Origin: a virus
IMG/VR virus record: IMGVR_UViG_3300034104_006814
Location: 7,108-71,107 of that record
Direction: 5' to 3' (one strand)
Length of the DNA stretch: 64,000 nt
Part shown: positions 17,532 through 27,126 of the stretch, piece by piece
Layout: the number at the start of each line of letters is the position of its first letter
Numbering within the stretch: the stretch's first letter is position 1
Notes under the pieces: model-generated
What the model saw: only the letters and a program-made list of their open reading frames with translations
Databases searched by the model: none
Told to the model about the DNA's origin: nothing
Program-made: the position numbers and the translations under genes

Positions 17532-18896
17532 ATGAAAGACTGCAGAAATCATCCAAACTCCTTTTCTACAAAAAGAGAGTTTTTAACTAATTTTGGTTGG
17601 GGTATTGGAGGTTTGTCATTAGCTTCTATTTTTGGAATAAATCCATTAAATGCTGAAACTTTGTCTCCGCTTGCTGCAAAGCCACCTCATTTTCCAGTCA
17701 AAGCAAAAGCAGTTATTCAATTGTTTGCTTCTGGAGCGCCATCTCATGTAGATACTTTTGATTATAAACCAGAGCTTCAAAAGAGAGATGGTCAGAAAGG
17801 TGAATATGGAAATTTATTAGCCTCACCATTTGAATTTCCGCGATTTGGTAAATCTGGCTTACCCATATCTGAAGTGTGGTCTAAGCTTGGGCAACATGCT
17901 GATAGCATGGCAATTATTAATTCCATGCAAACTGATGTTCCAGATCATAACATTGCAGCTAAAATGTTTAATACTGGCTCAACTCAACTTCCTAAACCAA
18001 GCTTGGGAAGCTGGCTCACATACGGATTAGGCACAACTAATCAAAATATGCCTGCATTTATCACTTTAAATGGAGCGCCCGAGTGGAGGCAGTGTTCATT
18101 TCTTCCAGGCATGTTTCAAGGTTGTAACGTGCAATTTCGCACTGGTATGAAGCCAGATGAAATTTTAGCAAATTTGAAAAGTCAATTTTCAACTTTAGGC
18201 AGACAAAGAAGACAAATAGATTTTGCAAATATTATAAATAAAGAGCACATGGATAAGCTTCAAAAAGATATCCAACTTGAAGCTAGAATTGAATCTTTTG
18301 AAACTGCATTTAAAATGCAGACTGAAGCTACTGATGCCTTTGATCTCTCTAAAGAATCAGATAATATTAAAGATTTATATGGTCGCAATGAAGAGGGTAA
18401 CAAGATGATTGTTGCGCGCCGTCTAGTTGAAAGAGGAGTTAGATTTGTGCAGGTCCAAGTTGGAGGTTACGATCATCATTCCGACATCAAAACGGCAATG
18501 ACTAACACCGCAATGCGATACGACCAAGCTTTTGCAGGATTATTAACTGATTTAAAACAAAGAGGTCTACTTGATTCTGTTCTTGTGATTTGGGGTGGAG
18601 AATTTGGCAGGACAGTTACTGCTGGTGGCGGCGCAGGAGCACCTGGACGCGATCATAACGGCAAAGCATTTTCCGTATGGATGGCTGGTGGCAATGTTAA
18701 AGGGGGTCAACGCTATGGTGAAACTGATGAAACTGGCGGCAAATCAATTAAAGATATTGTTCATATACATGATCTTCATGCCACTATTCTTCATCTTATG
18801 GGTTTTGATCACACTAAGTTGACATACAATTATAACGGTCGCGAATTTAGGTTGACAGATAATTTTGGCAATGTTATAAAAGAACTAGTAGCATAG
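17532..18896 (+). CDS. DUF1501 family protein (PVC-type, Tat-like signal)
   Basis: TKREFL..GIGGLSLA, PHFPVKAKAVIQLF.SGAPSHVDTFDYKP, ARRLVERGVRFVQ, WGGEFGRT, GRDH, DLHATILHLMG. Confidence 0.92.
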   Translation: MKDCRNHPNSFSTKREFLTNFGWGIGGLSLASIFGINPLNAETLSPLAAKPPHFPVKAKAVIQLFASGAPSHVDTFDYKPELQKRDGQKGEYGNLLASPFEFPRFGKSGLPISEVWSKLGQHADSMAIINSMQTDVPDHNIAAKMFNTGSTQLPKPSLGSWLTYGLGTTNQNMPAFITLNGAPEWRQCSFLPGMFQGCNVQFRTGMKPDEILANLKSQFSTLGRQRRQIDFANIINKEHMDKLQKDIQLEARIESFETAFKMQTEATDAFDLSKESDNIKDLYGRNEEGNKMIVARRLVERGVRFVQVQVGGYDHHSDIKTAMTNTAMRYDQAFAGLLTDLKQRGLLDSVLVIWGGEFGRTVTAGGGAGAPGRDHNGKAFSVWMAGGNVKGGQRYGETDETGGKSIKDIVHIHDLHATILHLMGFDHTKLTYNYNGREFRLTDNFGNVIKELVA

Positions 18897-18939
18897 TTTT
18901 CGTTGAATAGATCAAGTTTAGCTTTAACATATAGTCAAT

Positions 18940-19014
18940 TCCTCTCTACCATAACGGAAATGGAACGTCCTGTTAAGACGTAATATCTTGGTTCAAATCC
19001 AAGGGGAGGAGCCA
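18940..19014 (+). tRNA. tRNA-Asn(GUU)
   Basis: Anticodon loop CTGTTAA, G discriminator, CCA. Confidence 0.9.
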
Positions 19015-19020
19015 CTTTTT

Positions 19021-19095
19021 GCCAACATAGCTCAGTGGTAGAGCAATGGTTTTGTAAACCATCGGTCGTCAGTTCAATCCTGACTGTTGGCTCCA
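19021..19095 (+). tRNA. tRNA-Thr(UGU)
   Basis: Anticodon loop TTTGTAA, canonical D arm, CCA. Confidence 0.93.
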
Positions 19096-19113
19096 TGTGT
19101 AAATATATTTGTT

Positions 19114-19320
19114 ATGTCTTTAGAAAAAGCAATCTTACATGGCAAGGAAAAGAGGCAGCAATACAGAGGAAGAACGTCAAAAAGATTTGATCGCAGTTGT
19201 CGTAATCATGGCAACTGTAGTTGGTGCGAAAATAATCGTCTATTTTCTTTTCGAAAGGTAAAATTTAAAGCAAGCGAAGAGATTAAAGAATTTCGAACAT
19301 TTGAAGAATGGCCAGAATAG
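19114..19320 (+). CDS. small basic hypothetical protein
   Basis: MSLEKAILHGKEKR...CRNHGNCSWC; start moved to ATG after GTGTAA motif. Confidence 0.75.
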   Translation: MSLEKAILHGKEKRQQYRGRTSKRFDRSCRNHGNCSWCENNRLFSFRKVKFKASEEIKEFRTFEEWPE

Positions 19321-19721
19321 ATAAAATTACTTGGTGGCTTTTATTGGCTGAATTAGCTTCAGAAAGAAGCGAAGATCCTTGGTGTAAGGTTGGAGCAATA
19401 GGAGTTCGCGAAGATGGATCTATCGCTGGCGTTTCTTATAATGGAGCGCCTCCAAAAATTGAAATAGATTGGAGCAATCGTGATAAACGTAGACAATACG
19501 TTGTTCACGCTGAAACTAATTTATTAAGATATATTAAACCAAATGAGTGCCCTATAGTTGCAACTACTATTTCTCCTTGTTATGATTGTTTAAAAAATCT
19601 AGCAAGTTATGGCGTGAAGCAAATTTATTTTAAAGAATACTACGATAAATGCGATAAAAAAGAGTTGCAAAAGATGGCTGAGTTATTTAAGATTGACCTA
19701 TATCAATGCAATTCACAGTAA
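19308..19721 (+). CDS. dCMP deaminase
   Basis: RSEDP..KVGA, YNG, HAE, SPCYDC. Confidence 0.9.
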   Translation: MARIDKITWWLLLAELASERSEDPWCKVGAIGVREDGSIAGVSYNGAPPKIEIDWSNRDKRRQYVVHAETNLLRYIKPNECPIVATTISPCYDCLKNLASYGVKQIYFKEYYDKCDKKELQKMAELFKIDLYQCNSQ

Positions 19722-19803
19722 AATTACAAATTTTACAATTTATTGTTCAAATAATTGTTGGAGCAGGACTTTTAATTCAAGGCTATTTACTTCTTAAAAA
19801 AAA

Positions 19804-20004
19804 ATGAAATACTTATTATTCGCTGGAATGGAATATTATGCGAGAGGTGGAGTCCGCGATTACCAAAAATCAGCAGACTCTATAGAAGAGTTGGTGGAAT
19901 ATTTTTACGATAATGAAGATGAAAAATTTTGGGATTGGTATCAAATAACTGATCAAAATTTAAACGTCGTTAGAGAAACAGAAAAGCAAGCGTTTTCTTA
20001 TTAA
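19804..20004 (+). CDS. hypothetical protein
   Basis: MKYLLFAGMEYYARGG. Confidence 0.7.
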   Translation: MKYLLFAGMEYYARGGVRDYQKSADSIEELVEYFYDNEDEKFWDWYQITDQNLNVVRETEKQAFSY

Positions 20005-20216
20005 AGGAGTCCAATTGCACCATCGTTTGAAACATCCGACCATTTAACTTCTTCAGATGCATTTGCTTTTTTCTTTTTTCTTTCGCTAAATTGGCGATAG
20101 CAAATTGCTGCTCTTTGTTTTTGATCTTTATATTCTTTATTCATGGTTGGATCACCCATGCAATCTTGCATAAATGAACTTTCATCTTGATTTTTCTTTG
20201 GAGATGGAATAGGCAT
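20001..20216 (-). CDS. hypothetical phage protein
   Basis: MPIPSPKK..FMQDCM..QRAAICY; GTGTAA motif 10 nt upstream of ATG 20216. Confidence 0.75.
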   Translation of the reverse strand: MPIPSPKKNQDESSFMQDCMGDPTMNKEYKDQKQRAAICYRQFSERKKKKANASEEVKWSDVSNDGAIGLL

Positions 20217-20233
20217 ATATAAAATATTACACA

Positions 20234-21163
20234 ATGAAAACTTTAATTATAGATTCCCATAAAGGAAATTTAAATAATAAGAATCTACATCTCATTAATG
20301 CGCATCAAATTGCAGCTAAGTTAAATGCCGATTTGATTTGTTCTTACGAAGGAGTTAATGACGAAATTAAATCCGATTATGACACTATTATCTTTAATCA
20401 TGCATCTGCTTATTCTTTTGTTGATTATGCATGGTTAGAGGCAAGCCCAAATGCCAAACTTTTTTATATTACAAATGAATATAATTTAGGTGAGCCGCGA
20501 ATTCTTTGGATGGCTGCAAAAAGAGCAAATAGAAAATATACAGTAATTGCAAATCATCCAGCGGCAGCGAGCAAAGTAGTAACAAAATATACTAATGATT
20601 GGTTAATAACTAATTTGAATTCTCTTGTTTATCAACATGAGAATAAGTGTACAATACAAGACAAAACAAAAGATATTATTTATTATGGCTCATTTAGAAG
20701 TGATAGATGCAAATACTTTAGTAAATATTTTACTGACGATCTTACTGTTTCTTCCCATCCTAAAAATGTGGAAAAGTTTAAAGCAAGGGGGGTAAACGCT
20801 AATTTTATTCCACGAATAGATTGGGCTAAAGACGGCTTAAAAGATTATCATTGCTCTCTTTATATTGAAGATGAAACAACGCATACTCATTACAATCATT
20901 TAGCAAATAGATTTTATGAAGCATTAAATTATAATGTAGTACCAATTTTTTCTGAAGAATGCATCGGCACGATTGAGAAATCGGGCTATCCAATTACTAC
21001 TGATTTAATTTTTTCAAACATAGATCAAATAAAAAAAGTTGTTCAAATGGTGAAAAATAGTTCAGATATTATGGTGCAGTATCTAGTTCATTACCGCATG
21101 AAAGCAAACGAAGAAAAACAGAAAACATTGGATTATATTAAAAAAACAATTAATGAAGGCTAA
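20234..21163 (+). CDS. GT-B glycosyltransferase resembling T4 DNA beta-glucosyltransferase
   Basis: DIIYYGSFRSDR and SLYIED...NRFYEAL...PIF motifs. Confidence 0.6.
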   Translation: MKTLIIDSHKGNLNNKNLHLINAHQIAAKLNADLICSYEGVNDEIKSDYDTIIFNHASAYSFVDYAWLEASPNAKLFYITNEYNLGEPRILWMAAKRANRKYTVIANHPAAASKVVTKYTNDWLITNLNSLVYQHENKCTIQDKTKDIIYYGSFRSDRCKYFSKYFTDDLTVSSHPKNVEKFKARGVNANFIPRIDWAKDGLKDYHCSLYIEDETTHTHYNHLANRFYEALNYNVVPIFSEECIGTIEKSGYPITTDLIFSNIDQIKKVVQMVKNSSDIMVQYLVHYRMKANEEKQKTLDYIKKTINEG

Positions 21164-21371
21164 TGTAGTTTTAACTAAAGAAGACGTTCAACTAATTTTC
21201 GAAGCTCTCGATCATTTATATTTTGAAAGTGATAGGGCTGCAAGAGAGAATCATGTAGACTATCTTCCCAAACTAAAAGAGCATTTCTTAAATAAGAAAA
21301 AAAATACAAAAAATCTCCTTAAAAGAATTAAGAGTTGCACTGGTAAAGTAAACTATTTAACTTCTATTTAA
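21153..21371 (+). CDS. hypothetical protein
   Basis: ORF in operon. Confidence 0.6.
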   Translation: MKANVVLTKEDVQLIFEALDHLYFESDRAARENHVDYLPKLKEHFLNKKKNTKNLLKRIKSCTGKVNYLTSI

Positions 21372-21390
21372 GTGTGTAATTATAATTGTT

Positions 21391-21936
21391 ATGATTATAG
21401 ATCACACTAAAAATGAAATTTACTATAAAAAAGGCACTGGATTAATTCAATTTGAAGACTCTGAAGAGTCTAAATGCTTTGCTACTACTGGAGATTTAAA
21501 TAATTATTTACATAAAAATCAGACTGGAAATTTTTTAAACAAAAACACATTCAATTGCATAATTACGACAGGATCAATGTATATTGATCCTAATATACCA
21601 GTTGTCGCGGTAAGTGGATTGAAAATATGCAACGCCTTTTATCAATCAGTGTGCAAAACTGGAGTTATTGATGAAACAGTGCAATTACATACAACTTGTG
21701 CGACAAATTGGATAGGAACTGGAGGATCAAATGGCCACTCTTTAATATTGCAACTTCCAACTACTGGAGAACTAATTTTAAACGATATTGGTTTAACTTA
21801 TAAAGCAATAAATTTATCAACAAATAATTCCCACATGTGTTTTAAACAAGGTGCTACGGACATAATTTTTGCTGGACAAGGTTGCGTTGCTACGGTAATA
21901 TGGGATGGACAGTGCTGGAATGGATTTCATTTTTAA
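21391..21936 (+). CDS. hypothetical protein, possibly virion-associated
   Basis: TG-rich beta-type sequence, GTGTAA motif upstream. Confidence 0.65.
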   Translation: MIIDHTKNEIYYKKGTGLIQFEDSEESKCFATTGDLNNYLHKNQTGNFLNKNTFNCIITTGSMYIDPNIPVVAVSGLKICNAFYQSVCKTGVIDETVQLHTTCATNWIGTGGSNGHSLILQLPTTGELILNDIGLTYKAINLSTNNSHMCFKQGATDIIFAGQGCVATVIWDGQCWNGFHF

Positions 21937-21939
21937 AAT

Positions 21940-22146
21940 ATGAAAATAAATTATAAAGAAGCAAGAATGACAAGTAAAACTGTTGATTTTATGGGTCAAA
22001 CAGAAGATGGAAAATCATTCACAATTACTGCAAATTGGAATGATTGGGATGATTGGACGATAGATGAAATTGCGTGGGACGAAGAGGCGGGAACGGATGA
22101 GCAAGAAGAAGAGATTAGAGAAGATTTCATGTCCGAAATGAATTAA
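21940..22146 (+). CDS. small acidic hypothetical protein
   Basis: D/E/W-rich 68 aa. Confidence 0.65.
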   Translation: MKINYKEARMTSKTVDFMGQTEDGKSFTITANWNDWDDWTIDEIAWDEEAGTDEQEEEIREDFMSEMN

Positions 22147-22149
22147 GTT

Positions 22150-22767
22150 ATGGGAATGTTTGATTCTATACTTGTAGCTAAATCACTGCTAGATGATTTA
22201 GTAAAAGAGCACGGTCTACTTTTGGAGCAAAGCGAAGGTTATTACGACTTTCAAACGAAAGATCTTGATAATTCTTTAACTACATTTTATATTCAAGCTG
22301 ATGGCAGTTTTGTTTGGAAAAAGCAAAAATATAAATGCACAACTAAAGAAGAAAATCCAGATTTAAAATGGCCAACTTCTGAGCCTGTAGGCGATCCAGA
22401 ATTTATTCCATATAAAAGTCCTGTTTATATAGAATTTTACGATTTATATACCACTGAAGAAGATCGTTTTTTTGTTACTTTTATCGCTCATGTTAATGAC
22501 GGTAAACTTGTTGAGCCAATTAAATTAAAAGAAATTGAAAAAAACAATTTAAAAGAAGAAGCAGAAAGAAATAAACCTTACCACGAAAAGTGGGAAAAAA
22601 TTAGAGCTTCTTTTGAATGGCAAGTTGCTGAAGTAATCACAAATGCTAGATGGAAAATTAATAGAATTTTTTATCCGTTCTCAAAATTACTCGATGATTT
22701 AAATAGTAATTTAAGAAGTAAAGCTAAGAAAAAATATTTAGATGAAAACGACCCTAGTTATTGGTGA
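22150..22767 (+). CDS. hypothetical phage protein
   Basis: MGMFD...FQTKDLD motif. Confidence 0.75.
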   Translation: MGMFDSILVAKSLLDDLVKEHGLLLEQSEGYYDFQTKDLDNSLTTFYIQADGSFVWKKQKYKCTTKEENPDLKWPTSEPVGDPEFIPYKSPVYIEFYDLYTTEEDRFFVTFIAHVNDGKLVEPIKLKEIEKNNLKEEAERNKPYHEKWEKIRASFEWQVAEVITNARWKINRIFYPFSKLLDDLNSNLRSKAKKKYLDENDPSYW

Positions 22768-23467
22768 CATTCATTTGCGTTTTGATAAAGTTCAGCGCAT
22801 TTTAAACAAATGGGATGGACCAATTATTCAGACTGGTGATTGGTTTGATAATTTTAATGAAGAAGAGTGGCAAACCAAAGAAACGGCAAAACTTTTTAAA
22901 GAATTTGTTCATCGCCCAAATACAGTTGCTTTAATGGGCAATCACGATATTCAATATAGAATTCGTGATAAAAATGGAATTTATTGTTCTGGGTATGAGC
23001 CTTGGAAATATGACGTAATAAATAGTATAGTTTCAGAGAATGATTGGTGTAAATTGAAATACTTTCATCATGAACAAAATTACTGGTTTTCTCACGCTGG
23101 GATTAGCACTTATTGGTTTGGGCATCCTGTATATGGAACGACAACCGAAATCATCGAAAGCAGAATAGCTCAGGCTGAAAAAGCTTTAAAAGCAAGAATT
23201 TATTCTGAAATTGGATGTTTGTATGCCGCAGATTATTATAGAGGTGGAAATTTTCCATTAGGAGGATTACTCTGGAATGATTGGCACAACATTGAGACTC
23301 ACGAAGGAATTACTGAAGTTGTAGGCCATACTCCAAGTTCTAAAATTCAAATCAGAAAAAGAAAAAAAAGTTGCAGTATTAATGTTGATTGTTTCTTAAA
23401 TGAGTTATTGATTATCCATGAAGATGGAAAATTAGAAAGAGTCAAAACAAAAAAATTTATAGATTAA
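22742..23467 (+). CDS. calcineurin-like metallophosphoesterase
   Basis: GDIH, GDWFD, GNHD, SHAG, VGHT. Confidence 0.92.
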   Translation: MKTTLVIGDIHLRFDKVQRILNKWDGPIIQTGDWFDNFNEEEWQTKETAKLFKEFVHRPNTVALMGNHDIQYRIRDKNGIYCSGYEPWKYDVINSIVSENDWCKLKYFHHEQNYWFSHAGISTYWFGHPVYGTTTEIIESRIAQAEKALKARIYSEIGCLYAADYYRGGNFPLGGLLWNDWHNIETHEGITEVVGHTPSSKIQIRKRKKSCSINVDCFLNELLIIHEDGKLERVKTKKFID

Positions 23468-23468
23468 T

Positions 23469-23822
23469 ATGAGTCATCATTTCGTAGAAAAAGGCTGGGG
23501 CAGTGAAGAGTGGATCACAAACACCCCAAAGTATTGCGGCAAATTATTAAGAATTAATAAGGGTAAAAAAACTTCTTGGCATTACCACAAATTAAAAGAT
23601 GAGGTGATGTATGTGCATACTGGAAAAGTAAAAATTATACATGGTCGAAATGAAAATATTAATAGCATTTCAAATTTAGACGTTACTTTATTTAATGGTG
23701 AAAGTTTTCATATTCCAGTTGGATTAATTCATCAGATTATTGCGTTAGAAGATACTGAGTTGTTTGAATTCTCAACCGAACATTTTGACTCAGATAGTTA
23801 TCGAATAATTAAAGGAGATTAA
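23469..23822 (+). CDS. cupin (mannose-6-phosphate isomerase-like)
   Basis: VEKGWG.E, SWHYHKLKDE, H..,EFST. Confidence 0.85.
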   Translation: MSHHFVEKGWGSEEWITNTPKYCGKLLRINKGKKTSWHYHKLKDEVMYVHTGKVKIIHGRNENINSISNLDVTLFNGESFHIPVGLIHQIIALEDTELFEFSTEHFDSDSYRIIKGD

Positions 23823-23824
23823 TT

Positions 23825-24100
23825 ATGTTAATGACGCTTATCACAAGCCTAGTTAAGGCTTTATCTGCTTATTTAGAACTTAAAAACAAATCATTTTATT
23901 ATGACATCCTCGAAAAATCCAGAAACCGACAATCACAACTCAGCAAAGAAATTGAGAAACTTAGGGCTGAAGGCACTAATGATTCTAACGATATTGCTGA
24001 CGCAATCTTCTTGCAACTCATTGCCGAACAAAAGTACTGCAAACATCTATCAGCCACTTATTCTCCGACTGAAAGCAAAGCAGCAGATTCAAACAAGTGA
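23825..24100 (+). CDS. putative i-spanin-like protein
   Basis: N-terminal hydrophobic helix plus coiled coil; overlaps a lipoprotein ORF. Confidence 0.45.
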   Translation: MLMTLITSLVKALSAYLELKNKSFYYDILEKSRNRQSQLSKEIEKLRAEGTNDSNDIADAIFLQLIAEQKYCKHLSATYSPTESKAADSNK

Positions 24101-24185
24101 CGGACTCTATACTCCAGAAACGGACGAAGTTTGGCATAGTGATGCTAGATTTCGCAAACTAGAGCGTCAAATTACAATGCACTGA
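23979..24185 (+). CDS. putative lipoprotein (o-spanin-like)
   Basis: MILTILLTQSSC lipobox-like signal from ATG 23979, overlapping upstream gene in another frame. Confidence 0.5.
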   Translation: MILTILLTQSSCNSLPNKSTANIYQPLILRLKAKQQIQTSDGLYTPETDEVWHSDARFRKLERQITMH

Positions 24186-24889
24186 TGAAAGTAGATTTTA
24201 TTACCAAAATGGGGACTGATTTAACGGTCGCTAATGCGGCTAGAGTCAGTTTTAGCAAACAATCTGAATGGGATACAGATTTCAAAGAAGAATATGATTT
24301 TGAAACTAGAACTGTTTACAATGTTCCCTCTTTTACTTTAAAAGAAAAAGATGTTAAATTAATTAATTTTCTAGCTCGCGAAAATCATTGGACTCCATTT
24401 GGTCACTGTTCTCTCCAGTTTAGAATTAAAGCTCCAATCTTTGTTGCCCGTCAATTAGCGAAGCATCAAGTTGGACTCGTATGGAATGAAGTTTCTCGTC
24501 GCTATGTAGATAGTGAGCCAGAATTTTACTTTCCAGAAAAGTGGAGAAAAAAGAATCCAGACAAAAAACAAGGAAGTTATGAAGATGAGTTTGTTGACAT
24601 GACTTTTGGCGAAGAAAATAATCCCCAAAGCGTTATAAAAGCATGCGCAAATATGTACAATGCATTACTCGCAATGGGAACTTGCGCAGAGCAAGCAAGA
24701 ATGATTCTGCCTCAAAACATGTACACTGAATGGTATTGGTCAGGAACATTATTTGCTTTTGCAAGAGTATGTAGACTTCGTATTAAAAAAGATACACAAA
24801 AAGAAACGAGAGATATCGCAGATCAAATCTACAATCTTACAGAGAAGCATTTTCCAGTTTCGTGGAAAGCTCTTATGTGTAAAGATTAG
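24185..24889 (+). CDS. thyX: FAD-dependent thymidylate synthase
   Basis: AARVSF, HWTPF, PIFVARQLAKH, NEVSRRY, EQARMILPQ. Confidence 0.96.
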   Translation: MKVDFITKMGTDLTVANAARVSFSKQSEWDTDFKEEYDFETRTVYNVPSFTLKEKDVKLINFLARENHWTPFGHCSLQFRIKAPIFVARQLAKHQVGLVWNEVSRRYVDSEPEFYFPEKWRKKNPDKKQGSYEDEFVDMTFGEENNPQSVIKACANMYNALLAMGTCAEQARMILPQNMYTEWYWSGTLFAFARVCRLRIKKDTQKETRDIADQIYNLTEKHFPVSWKALMCKD

Positions 24890-24890
24890 T

Positions 24891-25091
24891 ATGATACAAG
24901 CATTAACATGGTTATCTGCACACGCAGATCAGATAGTTGGGGCACTCACGTCTATAGTAACTGGTGCTTCAGCATTAGCTGCGCTAACTCCAACACCAAA
25001 AGACGATTCAATTATCGGCAAACTATACAAAGTAGTTGATTTTTTGGCTTTAAATATTGGCAAAGCTAAAGATAAAGGTGATAAAAAATAA
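24891..25091 (+). CDS. holin-like small membrane protein
   Basis: ASALAALTPTPKDD...LALNIGKAK; start moved to ATG after GTGTAA. Confidence 0.6.
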   Translation: MIQALTWLSAHADQIVGALTSIVTGASALAALTPTPKDDSIIGKLYKVVDFLALNIGKAKDKGDKK

Positions 25092-25110
25092 TTAGAAATA
25101 AGAATAATAT

Positions 25111-25140
25111 AAAACCCGATTCGCAAGAATCGGGTTTTTT
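25111..25140 (+). terminator. intrinsic terminator
   Basis: AAAACCCGATTC-GCAA-GAATCGGGTTTTTT. Confidence 0.9.
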
Positions 25141-25156
25141 GCTGTAAAGTTATATA

Positions 25157-25639
25157 ATGAGTTTAATAGAACAGCTGTATGATAAAAAATCTATAGATTT
25201 GATTAGATCTATTTATTCTGAAGATAAATCATCTAGAGATGCGCTTTTTAAAACTATAGGAGAAAAAATAATTGAAAGTCAAGAAGTTTTTTTAACAGCA
25301 AAACCTTTAGATATATTAAGTTTAATTTGTATGACTGCATCATTCGCCTCTTCAAAAGAAGAATGTCAGCAAGTTGCAATTATTGTAGCCAAAAGAATAA
25401 ATGACGAAAACCCTTTGCCGTATATTTTAGATGATAATGGATTGCTTTTGGCCGAAAAAACATTAGTTTCTTTAGCTTTTTATTCAAAAGCTATGGAAAA
25501 AAGATGGAAGTATAAAGGTGCGCCCAAACCAAGTTTTTATAGAGACTGTTCTAAATTAATTTTTAAAAAAAATAATTTAGATTACATAGCAGATAATCAT
25601 GAAAAATGGGAAAGTTTTTTATCTGAATTTTTTGTATAA
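25157..25639 (+). CDS. hypothetical protein
   Basis: 160-aa ORF. Confidence 0.7.
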   Translation: MSLIEQLYDKKSIDLIRSIYSEDKSSRDALFKTIGEKIIESQEVFLTAKPLDILSLICMTASFASSKEECQQVAIIVAKRINDENPLPYILDDNGLLLAEKTLVSLAFYSKAMEKRWKYKGAPKPSFYRDCSKLIFKKNNLDYIADNHEKWESFLSEFFV

Positions 25640-25660
25640 CTATGGCGTGTAATAAGTTAT

Positions 25661-26071
25661 ATGGATCAAGTCCAATATACGTCAGAATTAATACGAATAC
25701 TTCATTCTTTTATTGATGGAGGTTGGTTAGTTTTGATAGTTGGAATGGCTGGAATGATGGCTAGGTTAGCTCTTTTTTCTGGCAAAGTAACACTTATTTA
25801 TTGTATAAAAAATTTATTAGCTGCAATGTTTTGCAGTTGCATAACTTGGTTTATTCTTGAAGAAATTAAAATTCATTTTATGTATAAAGCTATTATTTAT
25901 ACATTAGCTGGTTTAGACGCTCCAGAGTTGATGAGCGGAACAGTAAAATTAGCCCGTGGCTTTGCACAGGATCCACATTCATTTTTAGTTCAATTAAAAA
26001 AAGGAAAATTATATGGAGCAAAAGAAGAAAGTTCAACAAATAACAGAAGACGCAGGGCAAGAAGTAAATAG
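25661..26071 (+). CDS. multi-pass membrane protein (holin-like)
   Basis: Three hydrophobic segments, basic C-tail. Confidence 0.6.
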   Translation: MDQVQYTSELIRILHSFIDGGWLVLIVGMAGMMARLALFSGKVTLIYCIKNLLAAMFCSCITWFILEEIKIHFMYKAIIYTLAGLDAPELMSGTVKLARGFAQDPHSFLVQLKKGKLYGAKEESSTNNRRRRARSK

Positions 26072-26783
26072 AAATAAAATATTTGTAATTTTACTTGGTT
26101 TCCTAATTTTAGGAATGGCATTTTTTGGAAAAATTATTAATGATAGCGCGAACGACGCTTTTGATAAAGTGGAGCAGCATTTTTCATTATCTAATGATTA
26201 TTTATCTTATGTTTTTGATACTTACTCATGCGTAACTGTAGATGGAATAGTAAAAATTGCACATAAAATAAAAGATGAAAAAGAGATATTAAAAGAAATG
26301 AAGGAAAGATTTCCAATTGCGCAGGAAAAATTAAAATTTTATATTGAAAACACCCCTTGCCATCAAAAAGAATTAATAAAAATACTTGAAATACAAACAA
26401 AAAGAACTAATCCGTTTTGGGATAAAATTATAAAAAATATTGAAGACGGAAATGCATTTATTTTTGCAACAGAAACTCTTGAGAGTGGCGAACTTTATAA
26501 ATATACTGATGATATTTTAAGTACAATAAATTCATTGTTAAACTGTCATTTAGAAACCGCAAAAACTGAAAATGATAAATGCCAAAAATCCTTGAAATCT
26601 TTTAAGAGAATATGTATTGTAAGCTCATCAGTTGGACTTACAATAATAATGGCAGTTATTTTAAAATTCTTTTCTGAAAAAAATGAAATTCAAAAAAGGC
26701 GTATCAACAATATTAGTGGAAAAGCTGTGGGACGAAAAAAGCCAGCAGCACCTCGTAAAAAAACAGTTCCAAACAAAAAATAA
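26013..26783 (+). CDS. membrane protein with two TM helices flanking a helical extracytoplasmic domain
   Basis: TM near residues 24-38 and 200-220. Confidence 0.65.
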   Translation: MEQKKKVQQITEDAGQEVNRNKIFVILLGFLILGMAFFGKIINDSANDAFDKVEQHFSLSNDYLSYVFDTYSCVTVDGIVKIAHKIKDEKEILKEMKERFPIAQEKLKFYIENTPCHQKELIKILEIQTKRTNPFWDKIIKNIEDGNAFIFATETLESGELYKYTDDILSTINSLLNCHLETAKTENDKCQKSLKSFKRICIVSSSVGLTIIMAVILKFFSEKNEIQKRRINNISGKAVGRKKPAAPRKKTVPNKK

Positions 26784-27126
26784 ATACGAAAGAGAAAGAG
26801 ATTTTTATATTGGATACGGGTTATTTTTTGATTTTGTAACTGATTTAATTAAATTTGACGATAAAGAAAAAACTATTTGGACTAAATATTGTGGAGTTTC
26901 TTTAAATTTAAAATATCCTCCTTTGGAGAGATGTAGATTCAAAAAACAAATTAGATCCATTGCAGATCAATTAAAAAATTTTAATTTATTTCACAACGAT
27001 ATTCGTTGGAAAAATATTACAGAAAATGACTTTGGAGAGTTGTTTTTGATTGACTTTGAGGTCATCTCAAATGAGAATAAAGAGAGAGATCCAGAATGGA
27101 TTCTCAGAGATAAACCACAAAAATGA
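26683..27126 (+). CDS. minimal protein-kinase-like protein
   Basis: VKK...RE, HNDIRWKNI, LIDFE. Confidence 0.7.
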   Translation: MKFKKGVSTILVEKLWDEKSQQHLVKKQFQTKNKYERERDFYIGYGLFFDFVTDLIKFDDKEKTIWTKYCGVSLNLKYPPLERCRFKKQIRSIADQLKNFNLFHNDIRWKNITENDFGELFLIDFEVISNENKERDPEWILRDKPQK

